56,274 nt of DNA. Origin: Mesotaenium endlicherianum. Taxonomy: Eukaryota. The stretch's first letter is position 1; the number at the start of each line of letters is the position of its first letter. This document shows, piece by piece, positions 37,601 to 50,300 of this stretch. Made by a program: the position numbers and the translations under genes. The notes beneath the pieces were generated by a model. It was not told the origin of the DNA, did no database searches, and saw only the letters and a program-made list of their open reading frames with translations. Where the stretch lies: positions 62,733-119,006 of the forward strand of contig WELA01002181.1 in NCBI GenBank assembly GCA_009602735.1, written 5' to 3'.

Positions 37601-40034
37601 ATGGCTCACAACGGCGATGGTGCAGTGGGAGAATATAATCCGAGAGACGTGCACGATTGTCCTCATGGTCCAGAGCCAACTGCACCTTTAATTCCTCAAA
37701 CTTCGAAGCAACCAAAATTATCGTCAACCATGAAGACGTTTGGGAATATTATAGTCTCTATCGTTGGTTCGGGCGTCCTTGGGCTGCCATATACCTTCAT
37801 GAGAAGCGGATGGCTCTTCTCTTTAGTCGCTTTGACAGTCGTGGCTATGATATCATATTATGGCATGATCCTTCTTGTAAAATGCCGGAAGAGAGTAGTC
37901 CAGGAAGTAGGGGGGCCTTCCATCAAAACTTATGGGGACTTAGGTCAGCACGTCTATGGTAGTCTAGGCCGCCTTGCAGTGGACGTGATGATTCTGTGCA
38001 GTCAGGGTGGCTTCTGTGTTGCTTACTTGATCTTTATTGGGACAAACGTATCGAGTGTCATTGGTGGCGGATTGAAGCAGAAGGCCTTGTGCATCATGAT
38101 TGTCGGTACAAGCTCTCTCCTTACACAAACAAAAGCTCAGCGCGTAGTCAGTGTCTTGCTCGACAGACCACCTTCTGCACGCACGTGCTAGTCATGCATG
38201 GCCTGAACATTTTCGAACCTGAGTGCTTGCTTTACAACAAGTGGCACTAACTCGATGCGGCATCTCAAATGAACACTAGCGCACTTGCAAGCAGCAGTAG
38301 CAGCTGACAATGGGATATACCATGGGGGCGGGTTCACCACGCATGCTTGCCTCAAGCAAGATCCAGGCGGTGGTGTGTCAGGTCCACAAGCTTCATGCAG
38401 CTTGGCCCAGCATGTGCTCCCAAACAAAGGACATGTGTAATGTAAACCGCCACGAATTATCATAACATCGAGTGCCGTTCACCAGTGCTGTTTGTGTCAA
38501 CAACCATGACAACACCCTTTCCTGCCCCTGAAGGTGCCCGGAATACCAACTTTGGCCCCGTGACATGCAGTGCGGGTGTTCAACGGAGAATGGACGTCTG
38601 GTAGAGTTTTCCTGTCAGAGGAGCATCTGCTCCTCCAAAAAGCTCCAAGCTCAGTTCAGGGTCAGTCGGAGCTCTGCTCTTATTTCTTAGAGTTGACTCG
38701 GCAGTGCTGACGTTACCTGTTGGTTGACTGGCTTGGGCAGCTCCAATGCAAATGCTCCTCTCCTGGATGAACTCTCTCACCCGCCTTGCTCCCCTCAGGT
38801 GCCCTCTCCCTTGCCAATCTCATCTGCTTCCGCCACGCAGAGCTTGTTGGTTGCAGCATACCGTCCATGACCAACTTTGTGCCAAGCAAGAGAGCCTCTC
38901 AGCTTCTCCCGCCTGTCTCCAAAATATTGTCCTGCGCAAACTGGGGGACTAAGAAACCGAATATCGGGGCAACGGCAGACTTGCATCCTTAGCGGATAGG
39001 CGGGAATAGCAAGCTAGAGCTCATTGGGCTCGGATCTGCCTCAAGAGTTGAGCCGTCAAAATACAATGCGTCTACGATTTAGTATCAGCATGAGCTAGCT
39101 CCTCAGCATGTACATCATCCTCTGTGATTGCCGCCCTGCTATGGATCCTGTATGCCAGACTGGATATTTTGAGAAGCTACTACATCGCCTCAGATGCCGA
39201 AACACCATCTCCTTGTACCGGCTGGCACCGGCGCACATTCTTGCGACCGGCATCTGACATGCGCCCGGCCTGCCTGGCAGCATATTCGCCGACGTAGTCA
39301 ACCTTGTGGCATACGCCATCATCATCGGGGACGACTTCAGCACCTTCAAGGGCTATGCGGACGCGCACCTCTTCACCGGCGTGTCCAACATGACGCTCAT
39401 CCTGGGCGTAGCCGTCTATGCCTACGAGGGCGTCGGCGTCACCCTCTCCCTCGAGCGCAACATGAAGGACCCCGCCAAGTTCGCCCCCATCCTCGGGCTC
39501 GCCCTCTCGACCATCACCGTTGTCTACGGGCTGTTTGGGACCTTCGGTTACTTTGGGTTCGGCACGGCCACCGAGGAGATCATTACGCTCAACCTGCCGG
39601 TTCACTGGACGACGGACTTCGTCAAGCTGGGCATCAGCACCGCGCTCTTCTTCACCTTCCCCGTCATGATGCACCCCGTCTACGAGGTCTACGAGAGGAG
39701 GATAGCCGCCACCGAGTGGTTCGAAACCAAGGTGGCCCCCCACCGCCGCTACTGCCGGGGGCTCATCAACCTCCTGAGGTCGCTGGTGGTGCTCCTGGTG
39801 GTGTACATTGCGATAGCAGTGCCCAGCTTCGCAGTGTTCATCTCCCTGGTGGGCAGTAGCTTCTGCTCCCTGCTGGGGTTCGTCTTCCCCGCCCTCTTCC
39901 ATCTCCACATCCTCGGCGGCAACAACTTGTCGTGGCCGGAGCTCGCTGCGGATTACTTCCTTATGATTTTTGGCGTCTGCTTTGGCGTGTGGGGCACCTA
40001 CACTTGTCTCCACGACATATTTTTCACAAGGTAG
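37601..40034 (+). CDS. Amino acid/auxin permease family transporter, ANT1/AVT3-like
   Basis: Exons 37601-38105, 38741-38798, 39281-40034(TAG). Motifs KTFGNIIVSIVGSGVLGLPYTF, TYGDLG, AVYAYEG, FGTFGYFGFG, FTFPVMMHPV; many hydrophobic helices. Confidence 0.92.
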
Positions 40035-42910
40035 GTAGTTTACTACATTCTTAAGATACAACCTTTTGGCTTTAGATGAAGTAACCTAATTGTAGCTAGT
40101 ATGAGCTAATATCGGAGGTGTTCTTAGCCATCCAATGCGTCAATGATTCTTTGTGGCCCTGTGCGGTTGGTCACTAATCTCTTAGTGTTGAGGTCTCTAT
40201 TTTTTGATTGCTAGTGAAAATCCTGTGATTGGCTACACTGGACCTATCACCGGGGGCTTCCTCGGGCTCTAGCTGCCCCACCAATGTACAAATACTGTAG
40301 TTGTTTCATTCTTGTGAGCATAATGTCTAGTATTCGTAAGAGTAATCTTTGGCTTTAAGGAGCATATCTAGGGTGTGCAACTATTCAAGGTATTGGTTGA
40401 GAAAGACGTGGCATCCTGTGGATGTTATAGTACGTCACCTCTTATATTTTGCATGTCTTGCAGCTGCTATTTTTTACTACTTTGGAGGTCACGTGGCAAC
40501 GGCCTAGCAAGACTGAATAGTCAATGTGCTTTTTCTGCATGGTAAAATATAATGACAGGTATTTCCATCGATATACAAACTGATGGTACAACACATCCTT
40601 CACTCTTAGCATCATGTAACAACAAGAGTGTGCATCACTTGAAAATGCTTTTATTTATAGGATACGCTTTACTCTGACACAACTTACACGCAAGCAGTTT
40701 TTTTCCTCTTGTGGTGGTGTGCACGAATTTGCTGTCTAACGAGTGGCTTCCATACAAGAAGTCAGCTAAGAGGACATGGCCCTACTTATACTATGTTTGA
40801 ATCCACTACTATCACCTACACAGGTCCAGGCCAGGGTAGAAATCTAGATCGATATGATACAGCTCTCATGCAACGCACAGTGATATGTAACCAGTCCAGT
40901 TCTAGCTTGGCTGGGCGGACCATGTAGTCACTGCCAAATGTTTCGTTGAACATGTGCCAGCTTACTGGCCAACTTGGACCCATGTCTGCATCACCATGTC
41001 TCAATATGTTGGCCGTGCTATCTATTACTCTGCCGGCATGCTAAGCTTGCAGAAAGCCCGCAGCAAGGTATGCCACGTGTCAAAAGCATGCAATAGGCAG
41101 GGGCCTTCCAGAATTTGTCCTGTTCCGAAGGCTAATAGCAGAGGATTTAAAGAAGAGGGTACAAACATTGAATTTTGGCTGAAGGCTTCGGGGTTTCACT
41201 TGGCACGGAGCTTTGCATTACAGCAGCTCATGGTGCAGGCCCTATTGCTAGCCCCTAAAAAGGAATGTTCACCCATTGCCAGACCAGGCCCCCATTTACT
41301 GTGCTGACCCCATTGATATCCTTCAGCAGACACTACGCCAATGGCAGTCCTGGCCACGACCTTGCGAGCAGGCCTGAGCATGACCTCACAGGACACGAAG
41401 GGGGAACAGGAGGGCCTGGCCATAGGCACCCCGTTGTACCTGTCACCTTTTAAACAAGCACCTGAATTAAGAGGCCAATCCTCTTCCACCTCACACTCGT
41501 CCCCCTGTCTTCCACTTCTAAAACAAAGAGCTTCACTGCAGCTCAATTATATACCCTAAGCCAAAGCTCAACCCCCCTTCAAGCCTGACCTCTGCACGCT
41601 AACATATTGGCCTCTGATCTCAACGCGGTGGTAAAAGGGCCCAGCGCTCATTATTAATTACGTTCCCGTCACTAAGCATGGAAGATATGAGTGGCGAATC
41701 ACCCCCAGAGGATTGATTGCAATAGCCACCAACTTTCAATGTTCCTCTGCCATGTCAGGCATGTGCGGCTGAAAGGACAGCAGGTCCTAGTGGCGTAAGA
41801 ATTCCTATTTTGTATCTTTAAGGCCCCTCCTACTGGGGCTTTCCCTCATGATGTTTCTTGGGTGGGGCGCGGGCAGCAGCAGAGGTGGAGGAAGAGGGAA
41901 AGACAGGAGTTTGAGGGGGAGGGGAGGGGCAGAAGGAGGGAGAGGGAGAGGAAACAGGTGCCAGGGGGAGGTTAAGGATAAGAGGATTGGACATATATCT
42001 CAACAGTGGTAAGACTCGTGATCAAAGTACATCAAAACATGACGTGATTCTTGCTGCTGAGCAGAACTTGTTTGCATTTGGACAGTTGAGGCTCTTCAAG
42101 CGGCACGTTGCAGTGCTGTCTCCAGTCAACTGACCCCTCACACATGTACCAAGAGCCATGCAGCAGCTGCCCCTGTAGAAGCAGCAGGAGGAGGGGCGTA
42201 GGCAGTGGGGTGAAGGAATTGTGAGGCGTAAGTGTTCCAGCAGGAAGGCCTCGATACTTATAGCCTGCACATTCCCCCCCCTACGTGGCGACACACAAAC
42301 CATGCTGCCCTCAGCCAAAGGCCCCCAGCTGCAACCAGGAGCAGATTAGAGTAAATGCTCACAATTAATACATGTACATAACAAAGGGATGTAGTCCTGC
42401 TCGATTTATTCAAATATCTCTCGCGTTCCACTAACTTCTGCTATGTTGTACATACTCTTTAGCCCTATTCGCTGTTAAGGCTATGTTCGAGTGCAAGGAA
42501 AAGCTTCAACATGAAAGTACCTCCAGCCACAACAGGGATTAATTCAAAAATCTCTCGGCACCAAAACTAGCTGCACGTCAGAGACTTAGCTCGTGAATGT
42601 GCAGTATTCAGACGTTTAAGCCTCTACTTATGTTCAAGACATGAACCACATGCACTTGAGCTGTGATATCCAAAGACCTGTCCGCAGGTCCATCTTATAC
42701 TCACAAATGGGTGGCTCTCGTCGACTATCTGGCTTCTTGGCTTAAGCTATGCGATGCTCGGCCATGGTGTTCATGCATAAAACCGGACAGAGCTTATGAA
42801 CGTGCACGGCGATACATGAATAGTGCATACAAAATAGTGGCATTTTTCCCGTGCAAGATTTGGCATGCATCTGAAGCTCTCGAAGGTTATACGTAGGAGG
42901 TGGATCACTC

Positions 42911-44890
42911 ATGCTTCCATCAAGATGCTTAGCGTATTTGATGGTCGTGTTTACGTCTATACACGCAGTCACTGCAGTTACAGTGAAGAAGGGCCAAGGC
43001 AGTACCCAGTTCACCCAAGATGTAATGTTCTGGCTCATCAATAGTATCACTGTGGATCGGTCGTGTTTCAGAACAGAGCAGGACCCTGCTCGGTGGTGTG
43101 TGAATAGGAATACTGGAAGATGGCAGCGCATGTTTCAGTGTCATAGTGCACTTGAGTATTCTACACCATGACACCATAATGGTGTAGCACACCCAGGCAT
43201 TATTTGAAATATTAGTCGTGATGCATTTCCTGGAAATGCACATAGTTACATACTGCCACCCGTGATGCATATTTTCCTTGGGATGTGTGCAGTTTGCTCA
43301 ATGTAGCAGGACATGCGTTGCCAAAGACTGCAATAGTAAGTCATTTCATATCTCAGAAGGAACTACTTGCATATGTGCAGTGGACTTATTAATAGCAGCT
43401 ACTGGAAGCTGTCATTTTGGTGATGCCCTGATGATGTACCGCTTTGGCTCTTAAATGCGTTGCTGTGTGTGCGCAGAACACCCTTCAGTCCACTAACCTT
43501 TATAGTGTCTCCATCAAGTTACTCTACTACTGTGCGTGCGTTGAGCTGATTTCAACGTGGCGGTTGGTCCTAAAACAGATTGTTGTGGGAGCTCTAGCAG
43601 GACTGTTGTGCAAAGCATGGTTTGAGCCAGAAGTATGAAACCTGTTCAGAAAGTGCTCTAGTTAAACTAAGGATTTAGACCTGAGTACGCTGGCGAAGGT
43701 CGACATCCACCTCCGCTCCTTCAGTCACAGACGGACATGCTAGCCGAAGTCACATACTCGGGTGCTTTTCTGAGGCTGGAGATGGGAGCTACTAGTTTAG
43801 CTGAGCAACAACAATTGTTGCAATGTACTTGTTGAGCTGATTGTAAATGAACATATGAAACGAAATTGGTGTGTTGCAGCATTCACGTTGAGGTATGGGA
43901 AGTACTGTGGTGTAGGCCACGGTGGCTGCATAGGAGAGGAGCCATGCGATGACCTCGACAGCTGTTGCAAAGGTCACGATGACTGCGTGATGGAGTATGG
44001 TATGTTTCATTTGACTACTACATCTGCAACCTTCCACATCATGTCTCACCTTCATTGGAGTTCTTCTTAGGACTAGAGGTTGCTGATCCCGTTGAGAGTG
44101 CATCAGTGATGAAGTTTGGTCTCATCCTTGACTCAGGCCATCACATCATCGTGCTAGAATCATGTAGTGAGCACACATCACAAAGAGTCTGCTTGACAGA
44201 GGTCTAGTCTCACGGCTCTCAGCTCGGGGCTTTGGTGACTTACACGGCGACCTGGCAGCAACAGCTGGCAAAGAGTTTCTAGCGGTTGTGACAGCATGGC
44301 CAGAGCTACAGCCCCAGTGAGGGGGAATTCAGTGGGATTGTGCGTCTTGTAAGTTGCGCAATGTGCATATACTCTTGCAATATTCACACATGCAATCACA
44401 TTCACCAGCCAACTCTGTTTTCTTATTCATACATATGGCTCTCTTAGGGCACTAGGTTTCAAATTTATGGTAAGAGAACCAGGCCTACGCTATATAGACC
44501 TGAATATAAGGAAATGTGCGACAGGAGCTGTTACTTTCTGCTTACCGTACTCAACAAGGTCATTGTGGACAGGGAGATTGTGCAAGAAGCTGAACGGCCT
44601 TCAGCCTCTAGACAATCAAAATTGTCCCCACATGTGGTCAATGTGTCTGGAAGAAGACTCTTGTGACTTGTCAAAATTTGCCGAACCTTGAAGAGTGTGC
44701 CTTGTGCCTCTTGTGCTATTTCACAGGTATGAACAATGTGGAGTGCCATCTGGATTTCAAGGAGTGCATGCAGAGAGTGGCAAAGAGCAAGAAGAAAGGC
44801 TTCTCCAAAACCTGCCCTTATTCCGTTGTTATCCCCACAATGATGCAAGGGATGGACCTATCAATCATGTTATCACAAGCCATGCAGTAG
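42911..44890 (+). CDS. Secretory phospholipase A2 (plant group XI), ~145 aa
   Basis: Exons 42911-43021 (signal peptide), 43293-43335 (CSRTCVAKDCN), 43880-43999 (Ca loop RYGKYCG, catalytic DSCCKGHDDC), 44727-44890(TAG); phases are consistent. Confidence 0.9.
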
Positions 44891-47374
44891 GCCTGCAAGG
44901 TAGGCATTGGTTGCGCAGCTTAAACCTGCTGGTGTGCTACTTACTAGTCATCGTTGTATCTACACTCCTGGCAAGTAGATGGACATGCAACACTAACATC
45001 TCACATTTGGGCTCACCATGGTTATTCTTCAAACAAAGTGCCGGTATAGTTGCCTTGAGCAAGATATTTGGGCAATAGTGTGTCTCAACAGGGCTTGATG
45101 TATGCGTAGAATTGCACAATTTTTCCCAAATACTGCCACTTTGCCGATAGTGGACTTTGATGTCCTCACGCTGACATACGGTTGGACTCCTCCAACAGCA
45201 AGTGTCTTCATGGTCCATCCTGATGACAACATACATGTTTTGGGCTAGGGAATCTATATTTGAAATAGGAACTTCAAGTATGAGAAGGCTGGTTTCAATT
45301 TGGACAGGAGCATATTGCTTGCCCTTGCTACCGCAGTTGCCATCTCAATACATACTTATTGGTGAATTGAAATATTGAACATACAACGCTTATACTTCAA
45401 CACGCCAACGCATGTGGATGTGTATGTATTATAATGAAGCAATTAAAACCATAACGAGCATCCTAACCCGTGCCAAATTATTAGAGAGAGGCTGTCGGAT
45501 TATAACTCTACTACTTTATACATATGAGTCGCTAAAATCCACAGTACTGTGACACACGAGCTTTGCTAAGGGATCAAGAAATGTATGTCATTTACATCAA
45601 CCTAGAACCAGCTACTACTTTTTGAGTGTCTTTTACTCTCGCGTTTCACAAGAAAAATATGCACATCAATGGCATCTCGGCACCAGCAATCACTTCCATT
45701 ATTAACCCAATCTGCATAATAGTAATAGTACGAGAAGACATATATCACAAGGAGACCTCTCATGCTACATCAAACATGAAGTCAATGCAAAAGACGTTCA
45801 AATGAAAGGAAAGTTTATCAAGCAATAGTTTGAATGATTGCTATCAATGTCTAGGCGGATGCAACATCGCGCATAATCATTTTTTGTTGATCTGTTTTGA
45901 AGTATTGGTGTCTATGCCTCTCATATAACAACAAAATTAAGAAACGACTTGGTGCCTCACGGCAAACTATACGGGGAAGCTTGTTCACAAGAGGCACTTT
46001 ATCGCAAGAAAACTATACATTATACAACTTAAAAAAAGAACAAGTTTGAGGTGACGCACTTTTTGTATCTATGAACTTGCATAAAACATTACATGGTACT
46101 TTTTCACAAACATAATAAGAGCAAGGTCTATTGTTCGCATTTTTACAAATCACACTTGTTTCATTCTCATACTACGACCCAAATTGCTTGGCAACGATAG
46201 CAGTCAAATAAACATACCCCTGTATGACGAAAGTGGACGGTTCCCGACAGTGTACACAACTTACTCTGAGACATCTTATCACTCATAAGACGTATCCTGA
46301 ACTTGTGGCGTGACGGGCGTCGGTACTTTTCTTGGCTCATGTTCATGATGCCCCATAAGCCATTATGTGGCAGCACAATCACATAATTAATTCTTTCCAT
46401 TGTGTACAACAGATCTGTTCTCCTTGAATCTCATGGTCAAATTTTCTCAATTCGTGATAGGCTTGAATGACATGGTTTAAAAGGTAAAAGTGAGTATAAT
46501 CATGAAAGAAGTCAAAATGTGTAGACCAATGATGGGACCTTTTGCTTGTTGTATTATTGACAATTAGTCTCCTTCTCCTAATTCAATTAATGTCATTGAA
46601 CTGCACCATAATTGGTAGTTGTTTTAATTTAATTACACCTATTTCTTCCTTTACCTTCCCTCTATGGTATGTACTCTTCGATGCCCATATATGCTATCAT
46701 GTCCAAGGTGCTATAGAGAGGAATAGATGAAGAAGTTCTAGAGGTACGAAGAAAGTGATTTAGTGAGTACTTAAAAGGAGGACGTGAGATCGTGGATATA
46801 TTCTACGCGTGTGAATAGAGTGAGAAACAACGTGCATAGAGAATAATGACACATGTGAAGCTACCGACTGTGTAAAGTGTGGAAGGTCATTGTTACGAAC
46901 ATCGACAATGTTATTTTCAGTGTTTAGTGACTTGGCGCTGACACTTTGTACTCAAACTGACTCAAACATAATGACGTCTCGCATTTGATCACGTCCAAAC
47001 CGTATAAGCGTTGGTGTCGGCCATCTGTCCGCCTTCAGGCAGCCCAAATCAGCAAAATTGTCCGGGCAATTCTGAAGTCCACGTCGGAAATGTGAGAGCC
47101 TACGCAAGCATCTCTTGTTCAGTCCATAAGATTCATACGGATCGAGCTCTTAGAAGACCACCGACAGTTCGTTATCATAGTGTAAAACGCAGGAGCATGC
47201 AGGAGTTGCTCGTTAGGAACCGGACTAAATTAATCTCTGATGGATCAAGGCTTTAACATAAAGAGGTTTTGAGTGTAAAGCAGCAAACACCACTCCCTTC
47301 ACTCCGAGGAATGGACGCACTTTCGCGCATTGCACTGTGAACCACGCTAGGCCCCATTGTTCATCGACGGCAAA

Positions 47375-50300
47375 ATGACACGCCAAGGACATCTTTCTGC
47401 TGTCCTTCATGCAGTTCTAGCTCAGGTGGATGCCTGGTAGCTTTATAATATCGCAGCCATACCTCTACTTTCAGCTTGGGTGTCTTTCATGAGCTCATGC
47501 ACGAGTGCTATTTGTTTTGGCAGGCCCTCATATGTTGGACAATTTCGAGCACCATCATCCCATCAGCGGCATGGGAGCTGTCTTTTTCCGAACCTCTCAT
47601 GTATAAGTGATGCACTTACTTCTAACACTCGTCATTTCATCCTGACTTGCAAGTCATACTTTGCCTCACTGACTTTGCTTGAAGCCTTAAATTGTGGACT
47701 CCCTCCTTGTGTTTTTCTCGTCTTTTATGCTCTGCCTTGTCCGCACATATGCAATTGAGACGTAATTCGATGATTTGACCTTGGCTGCCGCGCATATGCA
47801 GGCCGGTCATCCATGAGAGCGGGTACTGCTCCATGTACGACACTTGTGGGCAGCGCGAGGATGGCAAGTATCTGAACTGCCCTCTCAACGTGCCAGCTGT
47901 CCAGGTACGACCAATGCTCAACCAGTCGTAACAGTAACCATTTCATGCATGCATATTCTTTCTCCCTCCCTCCTGCTGCAGGACCCCGCAACTGTCTCCT
48001 GGGATCCCTTCCCCCATTCCAACCCTTCCTTCTTTCCTAGACGGAGAGAAGCTTGTTTATCAAGGGTGCAGCAGGACAGGTGGGATAGCATCCGGCAGCC
48101 CTCTGTGTAGCTTCTGAGCTCTGATGGATGGTGTGGTTGTGGGTGAGTGACACGTGGCGGGTGCAGCCCACTCGTCAGCTGTCAGCCAAGATCCAGAGCC
48201 TCTGCCCGACAATCACGGGCAGCATCTGCTGCACGGAGCAGCAATTTGACATCCTCCATGACCAGGTCAAGCAGGTGCTGCATCGCCGCCCTCGCCTCGC
48301 CCTGCCCTTGATCTCTTTCCCCAGTTGGCCCGTTCCCTCGCTATAACGACTCCGGACCTCACTGGCTTGAGCCTTCTAAAATGACAGTTCTTTCCAACAA
48401 CCCTCCCCCGTACCGGGGTGAGGAGGAGGGGGGGAGGGGGAGGGGGGATGGGAGACATTAATTAGTGTCGGCATTGTCTCCTTCACTAAGCAAATTCATT
48501 GTCCACGGACAGAATTCAACAGTGTCTCTCAGCCTTGCACAAAGAGGAGGTCAAGCATTTCGGTAGATGCGGTGCGTGCGTCAGCAATAGGCAGCTCGCC
48601 TTTGAGTTTGACCTTTCACTCTCGCTTTTGCTCCCTCGTTCCACCGTGTGAGGTTGCTTCCAGTCCAGTACTAGCAGTTGCTTGTATGGTCCTTCAGATT
48701 ACGCACTGTACTTTGTGTTGCTATAAACTTTCCCTTGTATTGGGAGGGAGGCAGGGAGGGAGGGAGAGAGAGAGTGATGGCTTCAGTTTCCTGCCTGCAT
48801 GAGCTCGCCGTGACGTCAATCATGCGCACTCCGCAACGCGAGTGCCGAGCGTGTTTGCGCTTGACGGCCACGCACGACTGGTTAGGAGTGACCCGCAACT
48901 CGNGGGGTGTAGGGGGGAAGGGCGGGGGGTGGTTGTGCAAGGTGCGGCGTGCTGGCTGCTTGCTGGCAAGTTGGCTAAGACAGCACCTCCAAAAGGGGGG
49001 CGAGGGAAGAGAGGGTGCAGATGACACCAGCAGGGACACGCCCATTCTTCCTTCACGTTCGCATATGAGCTGTGCCTCGTAGGCGGGCGTGCTTCGTTCG
49101 AAGGAATTCTTGGACATGGTCGATCCGGGCTCCCGAAGAGGAAGCTCTGCGCAATCGATGAAGATTCCAATCCTGCTTGCAAATTGAACGAGGGAAGGAG
49201 TTAGTTCGTCATGTTTTGCGGGAGGAGTGTGCGCTGAAGTTGGGCTTGAGGGTCCTGTCTGCTCGCCGGCTCTGCATGCTCACGCCTGAGTGCCGCCGAG
49301 AGCACGCCTAAGGCTTGCCGCTTGGTCTGTGCTTGGCCGGCTGACTGGCCGGCCAGTCCGCTGGCCGACTTGACTGACCGACGAGACGACAGATGGGAGC
49401 GTGATGGACAGGCAAAGTGGCGCACAGTCGAATGGAGGGGTATGCTTACTGACCAATTGACAGACAGGAGAGCGTCTGTTCTTTGTATTTTCTTAAATTT
49501 TCCTATTTTATTTGGGGGGGGGGGGCTTGCGGCGGGCGCAGGCGGTGCCCTTTCTGGTGGGGTGCCCCGCGTGCCTGAGGAACTTCCTGACATTCTTCTG
49601 CACGCTGGCGTGCTCGCCCTCGCAAAGCTTGTTCGTCAATGTCACCGCCACTGCCCCGGTCCGCCACTCACCCATCCTCCCTCTCCTCTCTGTTCGTCCC
49701 CGCTCACTCCCTTTCTCTCCCCCCCCCCTCTTCCCCTCCCTCTCTCCCTCCCACGTTCCCACCCGCCCCGTTCCCCCCCTCCCCTCTTCCTCAGCGTCCC
49801 CGCCTGATCTTGAGCTGAGAACCATTGAGCTTGTTGTCGCAGGGGGGTGTCATCACAGCGTGCGTGCGCGCGCGCGTGTCCCTTTTCTTGACGTCTGAGT
49901 CCCTCTGTCTGGGTCCTCCTGGTGGCGGCGGCACCCCCCCTCCAGCTGTCTCAAGGTCGGATATCAGCAGGCCAACTCGTGACTGGGCAGGAGATACGCC
50001 GGTTGAAGAGCGCATGTGTGGGAGGCCACTTGCAAAGCCAGAGAGAGAGAGAGAGTGGGAGGGCGGAGAGTGGGAGGGCAGGAGGGAGGGAGGGAGGAAG
50101 GGAGAACTTCTGGATCTCTGCATGAGCCAGTGGGCCTTCTCGGAAAGACGGAGGCGGGAAGGGTGCTGCCGCTGCACACTCTCAGGCAGGAGGACTCTGA
50201 GCAGCCGCACACAGCCTCCCGCGGAAAGAGCGGACGGCCATTCCTCTCACTCATCCGACCTCTCCCCAGACCTCTTCTCCTCCCCCCTCCCTCCCCCCCT

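Noticed and set aside
44107..44200. Box C-like GTGATGA in a PLA2 intron (snoRNA candidate)
   Set aside because: No suitably placed box D (CTGA) or terminal stem.
45000..47300. AT-rich intergenic stretch with short ORFs
   Set aside because: No protein motifs, TIRs or RNA-gene signatures visible.
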